64,000 nt of DNA from the NCBI GenBank assembly GCA_030599585.1, contig JAUVNS010000009.1:32001-96000 (forward strand). The letters are read 5' to 3'. The position numbers and the translations under genes were made by a program. Shown here piece after piece: positions 21,007-29,835 of this stretch (position 1 is the stretch's first letter; each line of letters begins with the position of its first letter). Origin of the DNA: Promethearchaeota archaeon (GTDB lineage Archaea; Asgardarchaeota; Lokiarchaeia; Sigyniarchaeales; SOKP01). The notes under the pieces were generated by a model. That model did no database searches and was not told the DNA's origin. It worked only from the letters and a program-made list of their open reading frames with translations.

Positions 21007-21690
21007 GTGAACTTTTCGATTCCGCGTGGCAATACTTCGGAGATGGTGTTACATATTTGGAAAATTATTGAACTTCCAAGCATTCAACAAGATGATTTTT
21101 TACATATCATTTCTTTTGAATTGTTTCTATTCTCGCCCAAAGAGGCAAAGGAATTCATCAATGGGGCCATTCATAAAGGATATCTAATTCCAGATGGAGA
21201 TGAGCAAATTAAATTATCAGAATCTTTAGCTCTCGAGTTAAACAAATGGCATGAAAAGAGAAAAATTCACATTTCAGGAAAAATTAAAGATGTCAATGAT
21301 TTCAACGATTTCAGCAACGAATCTAAAAATAGCGACGCAAATAAGTTCAAAATTTTATTAAAAGCTTTACTTGATAAAGGAACTATAAATAGAGCGGTAG
21401 CAGAGTCTGATAGCGCATATAAATTTAGCTTTCTAGATTCTGCTCAAAAAATTATTAAAGCTGAAGTTCAAGGTTCTCAGAAGATTCCGTATACCATTGA
21501 AATAAACATACTTGAAAAAATGATAAAACATAATTGCCATGATTTTCGGGCTAAAAGAGCAGAAAACAAAAAATTCTGTAAGCACTTAGCGAAATTATTT
21601 CTCCTATTAAAAATACAAAACGCAGATTTAGCATCGTACTTCCTCGAGAGTATTACAAAAGAGATTAATAATTGGAATTTTCAAGCTTAA
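21007..21690 (+). CDS. SWIM zinc-finger domain protein
   Basis: Y.I.I...HNCHDF...KKFCKHL SWIM-like motif; probable N-terminal winged-helix-like region. Confidence 0.7.
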   Translation: MNFSIPRGNTSEMVLHIWKIIELPSIQQDDFLHIISFELFLFSPKEAKEFINGAIHKGYLIPDGDEQIKLSESLALELNKWHEKRKIHISGKIKDVNDFNDFSNESKNSDANKFKILLKALLDKGTINRAVAESDSAYKFSFLDSAQKIIKAEVQGSQKIPYTIEINILEKMIKHNCHDFRAKRAENKKFCKHLAKLFLLLKIQNADLASYFLESITKEINNWNFQA

Positions 21691-23012
21691 ATTAGCTTTT
21701 TAAACACCATATTCTTTATCTTAACTTTATCGTTTTGAAGTATTATCGGTTTATAATCCATTAATCGATACTCTTTTATTTTTTTAACCTGAGATAAAAC
21801 ACGTTCTATTAGGTTAAATTCGAGATCAAGTTTTACAATTTTCGTTCGACCATAATGACCCATCGATTTCGTCACTGCTGTTATTAATCCTGACAACGCT
21901 AATTCATTAATATAATCGCTAATTCTTCTATGCGTCAATTGTTTCACATTTGGAATGATTTGCGCCAATTCCGAATGAACTTCATAAATATCACCTGACG
22001 TAATTATTATGTGTTCTTTAGTGTATTTTGACAATAAAAAGATGGCCGTCAAAGTTAGTTTTGCTTGAAGAGGCATCGAAAAGATATATTCAACGATGTG
22101 ATCTTTATCTATATCTTTTTGAGCTTTTTCTACGTGATTTTCCATTATTTTTTTAGTTTGGTTGCGCTCAGCGATTTCTCCAGCTTTTCTTAATAGTTGC
22201 AGAGCTTTTCTCGCATCTCCATGCTCTTTTGCTGCTAGACCAGCACATAGCTTTATAACTCCATCGTCAATAACGGCTTCCTTAAAAGCTACTTCTGCTC
22301 TTAGTTTAAGAATATCGTAGAGTTGGTTAGCGTCATAAGGATGAAAGACTATTGGTTCTTCTTCCCCTAAATTAGATGTAACTCTCGCATCGAGGAATTC
22401 CATGAATTTTAGTTTATTAGATATCCCGATAACACTCGTTCTACATTGATCTAAGTTCTCATTTAACCTCGTTAAGTTATACAAGATTTCGTTTCCTCCT
22501 TTTTTTTCAATTAAAATATCTATTTCATCTAAAACAAGAAAGCATATGCTATCCTTGATATGTTGGTCAAATAAGCCTAGCAATTTCTTGAGGATTACAT
22601 CTTTAGGTAAACCCGTAGATGGGATTTTTTCTTTACCAACTATCGTATTGTAGATATGAGCTAAGATTCTATAAGGTGTAGATACTACTGTACAATTAAT
22701 ATATACCCACCAAGGAGGTTTATTAGAGCAATGTTGCGCAAGTTTTTGTGAGATATACCTTACAGTAGCCGTTTTACCCGTACCAGTCATCCCATAACAC
22801 AAGAAATTAGGAGGAACGTCACCTTTTAAGGCACAAGCAGTTATACCCGCTATTTTCTCGATCTCGGAATTTCTGTGAGGTAATTTATCAGGTATAAACG
22901 ACGGTTCGAGAGCTTCTCGGTTCTTAAAAAGTTTCGGACCTTTTAAGTATTTCCGGTAAAATCTATCGATATTGAATGAATACATTCCTTTTTCATTATG
23001 GTTAGTCAACAC
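21687..23012 (-). CDS. cdc6: Orc1/Cdc6 replication initiator
   Basis: P..LPHR, Walker A GMTGTGKT, Walker B VLDEID, HGDARKAL and C-terminal wH with GRT. Confidence 0.97.
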   Translation of the reverse strand: MLTNHNEKGMYSFNIDRFYRKYLKGPKLFKNREALEPSFIPDKLPHRNSEIEKIAGITACALKGDVPPNFLCYGMTGTGKTATVRYISQKLAQHCSNKPPWWVYINCTVVSTPYRILAHIYNTIVGKEKIPSTGLPKDVILKKLLGLFDQHIKDSICFLVLDEIDILIEKKGGNEILYNLTRLNENLDQCRTSVIGISNKLKFMEFLDARVTSNLGEEEPIVFHPYDANQLYDILKLRAEVAFKEAVIDDGVIKLCAGLAAKEHGDARKALQLLRKAGEIAERNQTKKIMENHVEKAQKDIDKDHIVEYIFSMPLQAKLTLTAIFLLSKYTKEHIIITSGDIYEVHSELAQIIPNVKQLTHRRISDYINELALSGLITAVTKSMGHYGRTKIVKLDLEFNLIERVLSQVKKIKEYRLMDYKPIILQNDKVKIKNMVFKKLI

Positions 23013-23034
23013 TCATTTCCACCATATAAACATT

Positions 23035-23047
23035 TTCCACTTGAAAT
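23035..23047 (+). promoter_or_regulatory. mini-ORB-like Orc1/Cdc6 binding motif (TTCCACTTGAAAT)
   Basis: Resembles the archaeal ORB core TTCCAnTTGAAA; lies 22 nt upstream of the cdc6 start, beside an AT-rich intergenic region. Confidence 0.5.
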
Positions 23048-23314
23048 AATTCTAATATTTGATATTTCGATTCCGCGCTATTTAAATTTATTTATTAATC
23101 GAAAAAGTAGGAATAATATATTAAAGCTTTAATATGCTAATTTTTTGATTTGCAGCGATTACATCGATAATTTATAATATTATTGTCGGAACTTTAAAAG
23201 ATAATTATTTAGGAAGCAATATTATTAAGGGTTTAGTATAACCTATTTTATTTACCAAAATTTAATTTTAATTATAAATTACAGAACACATTCATTTAAA
23301 ATGCGGGAATTTTT

Positions 23315-24085
23315 ATGTCTAAAAATGATAAGGGAGATATTAACAGAAGAAATGTAAGGCTAGCTATTATATTAACTTTGACGTTTATCGGTTTACTCTT
23401 CTTTAACTTTCTGGTTATATCCATCGTGTTCACATGGGCCGATTGGCTAGCAACACTTATTTTTAGCGTTCTTTTTATCGTTCCCGCGTATTTTTCAAAC
23501 GCTGGAATGGTTATTGTTGGTGGCGGTAAACCTTTAGATAAGGGGAAATTTTGGCGTGATGGTCGCAGAATTTTAGGAGATCACAAAACTATTTCTGGAC
23601 TTATCAAAGGACCATTGTACATAGGTATTCCATTAAGTTGCGCGTTATTTTTATTGTTTTTATTATTATGGCCCGTCATACAACAGATTCCAATAGAAGG
23701 AGCTACAATTGGAGTGTATAAATTATACTCTGATATTTTTTACTATCAATATTATTTTATCGGAGGTCCTATTCCAATTGGAATCTTGATGCTTATGTTT
23801 AGAATAGTATTTTGTTCATACGGAGCTGCATTTGGAGATTTAGCAGGCTCATTTCTTAAAAGAAGATTTAACATTAAAAGTGGGGCACCTTTTTGGGTTG
23901 TAGATCAACTAGATTTTGCTGTAGGGGCTCTAATTTTTGCCTTCATCCCTGCCATCTTTTTTCCAGGGTTGTACTTGATCCCCGACTTAAACATTGTTAT
24001 ATTGCTTCTCATATTAACCCCCTCTGTGAGCCTTATAGCTAATACAATCGCGTATCTAATTAATTTAAAAGATGTACCTTGGTAG
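23315..24085 (+). CDS. carS: CDP-archaeol synthase
   Basis: PAYFSN, P.D.GK..DGRRILGDHKT, GDLAGSFLKRR, DQLDF and terminal KDVPW. Confidence 0.93.
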   Translation: MSKNDKGDINRRNVRLAIILTLTFIGLLFFNFLVISIVFTWADWLATLIFSVLFIVPAYFSNAGMVIVGGGKPLDKGKFWRDGRRILGDHKTISGLIKGPLYIGIPLSCALFLLFLLLWPVIQQIPIEGATIGVYKLYSDIFYYQYYFIGGPIPIGILMLMFRIVFCSYGAAFGDLAGSFLKRRFNIKSGAPFWVVDQLDFAVGALIFAFIPAIFFPGLYLIPDLNIVILLLILTPSVSLIANTIAYLINLKDVPW

Positions 24086-24094
24086 TAAAAATAC

Positions 24095-24613
24095 TCATAG
24101 TTTAACTACATCGCATTTAATTCTAACACGGAATCCTTCGTTATCAATAAATGTAACATATCGTTCGAAAATCTCGTTAACGGCTTTTATGTAATTTCCT
24201 TTGCATCCTACGGCTATTCCTCGATCCTCGTAAGAGAGAAATCCTATGATTACCTCAGCTTTACCAGAATAAAAATTTCTTTCGATTTTTATTGTATGAA
24301 TATAAGGATCTGGAAAAAAACCATACACTAAATTAACAAGTACGTCTTCTTCCCGAACAATTACGATTTTTCTACACCGAAATTTCTTTCTAAGATAAGA
24401 TAATTTTTTGGATGTTGCATAGAAATAATTTTCGTTATTAAGGAAAAAAAATACAAATTCATTTACTATAATCAAATTTTGAGGAAAGACTTGCGTAATT
24501 TCTTGAAAGAAGTGATAAAGTAGAAGTTCTTCATTTGAAAAAATCTTTTTTACAGTTAACTTTTGATAAAAAAGCAAATTATTGATAAATGAGTTAGAAA
24601 CTGTCCTCAACAT
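24095..24613 (-). CDS. archaeal NusA-like KH-domain protein (divergent)
   Basis: RKIVIV...FFP and DRGIAVGCKGNYIKAV resemble the second KH domain of archaeal NusA. Confidence 0.6.
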   Translation of the reverse strand: MLRTVSNSFINNLLFYQKLTVKKIFSNEELLLYHFFQEITQVFPQNLIIVNEFVFFFLNNENYFYATSKKLSYLRKKFRCRKIVIVREEDVLVNLVYGFFPDPYIHTIKIERNFYSGKAEVIIGFLSYEDRGIAVGCKGNYIKAVNEIFERYVTFIDNEGFRVRIKCDVVKL

Positions 24614-24734
24614 ATAATTACATTTTCAGACCTATGATTTTAAACTCCTAGAAAAAATAAAGTAAACAACAAAAGGTTTAATTTTAAACGAGACTATTCA
24701 TAGTAAATCTATACTGAAAATAATAACATTTCAC

Positions 24735-25172
24735 ATGAAAAAAGCAGGATTTGAGTTTAGAGATCATACTGCCGACGTTCAGGTACGAAGTTGGGGATCG
24801 TCATTAGAAGAAGCTTTTTCGCAAACCGCTTATAGTTTAATGGCGACAATAACGCCAAACTTAAAAAAAATAACTCCTATAGTCGAAAGAGAAATAATTA
24901 TCGAGGCTGAGGATAAGGAAGCCCTATTATTTGATTTCCTTTCTGAATTTTTATATATTTTTGATGTTGATGAGCTTGTTTTTAACCAAATCTATGTGCG
25001 TTCAATTGAAAAATTTAAAGATAAGTATAAGTTGCGTGCTACTCTAAAAGGTGAAAAATTCGACTTAGATAAGCACGAAATAGGAATTGAAGTTAAAGCT
25101 ATAACATATTCTTTCTTAAATATAGAAGAAAAACACGAAAGTATCGTGATAGATATAGTGTTTGATATTTAA
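24735..25172 (+). CDS. archease (RtcB cofactor)
   Basis: DHTAD, EVKAITY and terminal FDI. Confidence 0.96.
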   Translation: MKKAGFEFRDHTADVQVRSWGSSLEEAFSQTAYSLMATITPNLKKITPIVEREIIIEAEDKEALLFDFLSEFLYIFDVDELVFNQIYVRSIEKFKDKYKLRATLKGEKFDLDKHEIGIEVKAITYSFLNIEEKHESIVIDIVFDI

Positions 25173-25323
25173 CTTCGAATTTATTTTTGGATAATGATAT
25201 CATTCAAAATTTTATGGTATTTATATTGATATCCTATTCATGTTTCTGAGTTTATAGTGAAATCATAAAAAAGATATTACTTCTTTAAAAAACCTAAATT
25301 AAATAATAATAATAAGTAAATAA

Positions 25324-26796
25324 TTATCCTTTTACAACACCTATTGGAACTAACCTTACAATTTTTTCCACAATGCCGAGATCTTGGCTGACTTGTACAA
25401 CTTGATCTATGTCTTTATATGCTCCAGGAGCTTCTTCAGCAATCACTTTAGGAGACGCTGCTCTTATTGTAATTCCTTTTTTTCTAAGATCTTCCCTGAT
25501 ATTAGCACCCCAATATTGTTTCGTTGCCTTGGATCTTGACATAACACGACCAGATCCATGAGCCGTAGAACCAAAAGAGAGGTCCATTGCTTTTGGTCTC
25601 CCCACACATAAATACGAAGCAGTTCCCATAGTTCCAGGAATTAAAGCTGGTTGACCTATACTTTTATAATCACGGGGTATATCTGGATGTTCTGGTGGGA
25701 AGGCTCTAGTTGCGCCTTTTCTGTGGACATTTAATTTCATTTTTTTCCCGTCAACATCATGTTCCTCTATCTTTAAAATATTATGACAAACTCCATAAAT
25801 CAATTTAAAATCCAGATCGTCCAAACTCCTTTTAAAATGTTTCTGGAACGTTTCTCTTAGCCAATGCGTTATTAATTGGCGATTAGTAAACCCAAAATTT
25901 GCAGCACACGCCATAGTTTTCAAGTATTGCATTGCCTCTGGAGTATCGGCTGGTACACACGCTAATTCGCGATCTGGTACTTTTATTTTGTATTTTCTCA
26001 TTGCTTGCTCGATATTTCTAAGTGAATCGGTGCACACTTGATGACCAAGAGCTCGAGAACCAGTATGAACCATGATAGTTATTTGATCTTTACCAAAGAT
26101 TCCCAATTTCTTTGCCACTGACTCATTATAAATCTTGTCAACCTTTTGTATTTCAAGAAAATGGTTACCACTCCCTAAAGAACCAAGTTGTTTTATTCCT
26201 CTTTGCTTTGCTTTTTGTGATACTAATTTTGAATCAGCGTTTTTCAAAAAACCGTTTTCTTCGCAGTGTTCTAAATCCTCTTTTATAGCATAATCATTAT
26301 CTAAAGCCCAATTTAAACCGTTATCTAAAACATCATTTAATTCCGAGGAGTTGATGCTTAATTTTCCTTTACTTCCTAATCCGGATGGTATATTCTTAAA
26401 AATAGTGTCTAGCAAGTTAGGAATTGAACTTTCAATATCTTTAAGGTGAAGATTTGTTCTTAGGATTCTCACACCACAGTTTATATCGTACCCTACACCA
26501 CCTGGGGAAATCATTCCAGAATAAGCGTCTGTTCCTGCCACACCCCCAATACAAAACCCATAACCTTGGTGTGCATCAGAGAGAACAATAGCGTGCTTTT
26601 GTATACCAGGGAGACAAGCTACATTACTAATTTGATCCAGAGTTCTATCGTTTTTAATTTTTTCTAAAATGTAATCGTTAGCATAAATATGGACAGGTAC
26701 TCTCATTTGAAATTTTGCGATCTTTCCTTCCACTCTAGCCATTAAAGTTTTTTGAGGGATTTCGTAGATGTTTTCATCTATTTTATTCACATTCAT
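25324..26796 (-). CDS. rtcB: tRNA-splicing RNA ligase RtcB
   Basis: DAHQGYG, GYDINCG, GSGNHFLE, HTGSR, HN, HRKGAT, HGSGR and EEAPGAYK. Confidence 0.98.
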   Translation of the reverse strand: MNVNKIDENIYEIPQKTLMARVEGKIAKFQMRVPVHIYANDYILEKIKNDRTLDQISNVACLPGIQKHAIVLSDAHQGYGFCIGGVAGTDAYSGMISPGGVGYDINCGVRILRTNLHLKDIESSIPNLLDTIFKNIPSGLGSKGKLSINSSELNDVLDNGLNWALDNDYAIKEDLEHCEENGFLKNADSKLVSQKAKQRGIKQLGSLGSGNHFLEIQKVDKIYNESVAKKLGIFGKDQITIMVHTGSRALGHQVCTDSLRNIEQAMRKYKIKVPDRELACVPADTPEAMQYLKTMACAANFGFTNRQLITHWLRETFQKHFKRSLDDLDFKLIYGVCHNILKIEEHDVDGKKMKLNVHRKGATRAFPPEHPDIPRDYKSIGQPALIPGTMGTASYLCVGRPKAMDLSFGSTAHGSGRVMSRSKATKQYWGANIREDLRKKGITIRAASPKVIAEEAPGAYKDIDQVVQVSQDLGIVEKIVRLVPIGVVKG

Positions 26797-26940
26797 ACTA
26801 ATTAGACTAGTGATATTTTTTTCATAAATTTTATGTTTACCAGGACAAGCTTATTTAAGTTAATAAAAATAGAAAAATAAACCTACTCAGATTTAAGAAA
26901 TTATAAAATGTATGTTATAGGTTATATGAAAAAAGTTATG

Positions 26941-27675
26941 TTATTTTACATCAATAAACTTGAGCAAGCCAAGATCATCTAAATCGTCAATCATTACGTC
27001 AATCTCCGCCTTTGGAACGCCAGCTTCCTCTGCTATATCTGCTACAGTGTGAAAACCATCAGCCAAATGAGCAATCCTATACTGTTCCTTGTTTAAAAAA
27101 CCCTGAACGATTACTTGGGTAGGAAGACGTTTTGAAGCCCATGCGGGTTTCTGGTCTCGAACTTTCCGTAAATCTTCTTCCGAAAGCACCATACCCTTTT
27201 TAGATAGTAGTTTCTGAGATTTTGCAAAGTCTTTTTCAAAGATTTTTAAGATAGGAATCTTTATTTGGATTTCTGCTATGTGACCGTTTTTTAGCATGTC
27301 ATCCATAACATTTTCAAATCCTTGGAACAACCTAACATCTCCTGACCAATCCTTCATTAGGGTTCCAAACTTATCCAAGAATTTATCAATTATATCGCTT
27401 AAAACTTTGTGTGTTATTTTTGCATCGTCATTCTTGTCAGCAGCTGCTGTACACAGTATCCCTTCCTTAAAAACAAGAAGGAGATAAAATATTTGCATAT
27501 CTATGATTTTTAATTCTCCTGATCCTTTCGAAAACTCCACTGAAAAATCTTTTAAAGCTGTTAAAAAACCAGATACTAAATCCTGATTAAATTCTATAGT
27601 CCCATACTTCCTATGGATTAAACAAATGCCCGTAAAGTTTGATATTAGGTATACATTGTGAAGGATTACAATCAA
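26941..27675 (-). CDS. longin/roadblock-like domain protein with C-terminal winged helix
   Basis: N-terminal YLI..TGICL...DLVSGFLTAL..F pattern typical of Asgard longin-like domains. C-terminal DG.HTVADIAEEAG...LDDLGLL HTH. Confidence 0.7.
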   Translation of the reverse strand: MIVILHNVYLISNFTGICLIHRKYGTIEFNQDLVSGFLTALKDFSVEFSKGSGELKIIDMQIFYLLLVFKEGILCTAAADKNDDAKITHKVLSDIIDKFLDKFGTLMKDWSGDVRLFQGFENVMDDMLKNGHIAEIQIKIPILKIFEKDFAKSQKLLSKKGMVLSEEDLRKVRDQKPAWASKRLPTQVIVQGFLNKEQYRIAHLADGFHTVADIAEEAGVPKAEIDVMIDDLDDLGLLKFIDVK

Positions 27676-27950
27676 CTCCTTAAAGCATAATTACATTTTT
27701 TTATTAATAATATAAGTTCTACTATTTATAATTTCATTTAAGTAAAAATAGCATTTCTGAGATATAAAAACATAGAAGAAATAAAAAATTGATATCTGTT
27801 TTTTCTCACTTCTCCAAAAATGGTATATAAATAAATTATAATTAAACCTATTTAGCTTAATTCTTTTTGTTTATGAATTGTTTCTATCGTAATTAGATTG
27901 AAATTGATCTGTACATTATTAGAATCAGATATTATACCAAAGGGAAAAAG

Positions 27951-28265
27951 ATGGATTATTACACATTTTTCGTCACTGTACCTAATTTAGAAGAGGGTAA
28001 GAAAATTGGAAACTTATTAATAGAAAATAAATTAGCAGCCTGCGTAAATATCATACCTGATTTATTTTCAATATATTGGTGGGAAGGAAAAATAGAAAGA
28101 GATAACGAATTACTATTAATAATTAAAACTACTGAAAAAAATTGCGATTTAATAATTCAAAAAATCGGAGAAGTTCATAGCTATTCGAACCCCGAATGCG
28201 TTGGTTTCAAAATCGAGAAGGGATCTCAGAAATTTTTGGATTGGATTGACGACGTTGTAGATTAA
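27951..28265 (+). CDS. cutA: divalent-cation tolerance protein CutA
   Basis: KLAACVN, SIYWWEG, E.LL.IKT and HSY.NPE. Confidence 0.95.
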   Translation: MDYYTFFVTVPNLEEGKKIGNLLIENKLAACVNIIPDLFSIYWWEGKIERDNELLLIIKTTEKNCDLIIQKIGEVHSYSNPECVGFKIEKGSQKFLDWIDDVVD

Positions 28266-28289
28266 TATAAATAAGGCATTGTAAATATT

Positions 28290-29102
28290 ATGACATTTGA
28301 CATCTTTCAAGTTGATTGGATTACAGTTGATATTATTATAATTGTACTCTTAATCCTGCTTTTAATCGGTGTAAAGGTACTTAAAGAAATATATAGATGG
28401 CGATTTTTCTTTTCAAACATTTCAACGATTAGGAAAGTTGATAACTTTCTGTATATTAACAATAAAGTCTCGTCTATTTCTATAAAAAAGAGCAATTTGA
28501 CTACATCTAGCGTTTTTCAGCAAGAAGATTTAATAAAACCGACACTAGTCATAATAAAAGGGTATCGAAAACTGATGTTGTTGAAAGCACTCACAGAAGC
28601 ATTTTGTACATCTGGATATAATGTGATAAGCCTACGACTTAAAATAGCAAATAAAAACATATCAGAACGATTGAAATCTAATATAAAAAAAGAGTTACAA
28701 CAAACTTTTCCTAACATTATAATGTTTTACAATCAAGATGTCAACTTATTAAGCCAGAATTATATTGTTATTGATTTTACTAAAAAAGTGTTACCTTTGA
28801 ACCTTCTTTTGAGTGATATTTATTGTAGGAACATAATTTTGATTAATCCCCGCTTAAAATTTTACAATCTGGAAGTGTATTTAAATTTATTAAGTGATTT
28901 AAATCAAAATTCTAAATTTATTACGATATTTAGTGAGAAATTAAATCCATTTTTTAAAAATAAGAAAGTAAAAAAGATACTACACTATAAAGAAACATTT
29001 AAATACACCAACTATACTATTATCCAAAAAACTAAAAGCACATTCAAGTATTACGAAACATTACTTTTAAGCGAAATAATTAGATATATAGAGAAACAGT
29101 AA
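28290..29102 (+). CDS. membrane-anchored protein, possibly degenerate alpha/beta-hydrolase fold
   Basis: N-terminal TM helix; KPTLVIIKGY...GYNVI...IILINP pattern without GxSxG. Confidence 0.5.
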   Translation: MTFDIFQVDWITVDIIIIVLLILLLIGVKVLKEIYRWRFFFSNISTIRKVDNFLYINNKVSSISIKKSNLTTSSVFQQEDLIKPTLVIIKGYRKLMLLKALTEAFCTSGYNVISLRLKIANKNISERLKSNIKKELQQTFPNIIMFYNQDVNLLSQNYIVIDFTKKVLPLNLLLSDIYCRNIILINPRLKFYNLEVYLNLLSDLNQNSKFITIFSEKLNPFFKNKKVKKILHYKETFKYTNYTIIQKTKSTFKYYETLLLSEIIRYIEKQ

Positions 29103-29127
29103 TAAAGATAAAAGCGATTAAATTCTA

Positions 29128-29835
29128 ATGAAAGGACCTAAAATTCTAAGAGATCATTTTGATAGCGTTACATACTCTGAAAATCACTTGAAACTATTAC
29201 AACAAAAAAGAGAACGATCTAAAACGTTGCTGGAGATGTTCGTTAAAGAGGGTTTGAATCCATTTATTTATGGTAGTATTGCTCGAGGTGATATTCATAA
29301 CGATAGCGATATCGACATGGTTTTAATACAATCAATCGCACCGTATCAAATAGAAATAATACTTGAAAAAAATGGTTTTAAAAATTACTTCCGAGAAATT
29401 ATTATGGCAACTCCCGCTGACACTTTGAAACTCTACATTTATTTGAACGAATTAGAAAGCATAACAATTCCATTATCTAAGTTCAATAAAAAATCAAGCG
29501 AATTTTACGATTTTGGAGGAAAAATTAATCTAAACCAAATTTTAAATAGTATTCGAGTGCCTGGAATCAATAAAAGGTTAGTTTTTATTCAACCTACTTC
29601 TGATGGTCATGAAGAATATTCGATTATTGGAAATGAAAATTTAGCTGCAAAGCAGTTGAGTGTTGGAATTAATTTGATTAATGAAAGAAAGAGAGTTCTT
29701 TTAAGAAGAGAGAAATTTGGAAAAACAGGCGTATTTTTAAAGAGATCAATAGGGGTGGGAGAGACAACAGAGCTCGTTTTAAAAAAATTAAGCAATAAAA
29801 ACACCATTGTAAGAAAAAAACTATTACAAAGATGA
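29128..29835 (+). CDS. archaeal nucleotidyltransferase (COG2413-like)
   Basis: YGSIARGD...SDID, TP, FYDFGG, RVPGINKRL and GKTGVF. Confidence 0.85.
   Translation: MKGPKILRDHFDSVTYSENHLKLLQQKRERSKTLLEMFVKEGLNPFIYGSIARGDIHNDSDIDMVLIQSIAPYQIEIILEKNGFKNYFREIIMATPADTLKLYIYLNELESITIPLSKFNKKSSEFYDFGGKINLNQILNSIRVPGINKRLVFIQPTSDGHEEYSIIGNENLAAKQLSVGINLINERKRVLLRREKFGKTGVFLKRSIGVGETTELVLKKLSNKNTIVRKKLLQR

Noticed and set aside
15494-23012. Inteins in DP2 or Cdc6 (also checked RtcB and RpoB)
   Set aside because: Protein lengths are normal, with no intein-like insertions or LAGLIDADG motifs.
21014-23077. Exact 13-bp direct repeat TTTCGATTCCGCG at 21014-21026 and 23065-23077 flanking the SWIM gene and cdc6 (possible att sites)
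   Set aside because: There is no integrase or tRNA target, one copy lies in coding sequence, the enclosed cdc6 looks like a core gene, and a 13-mer match can arise by chance.
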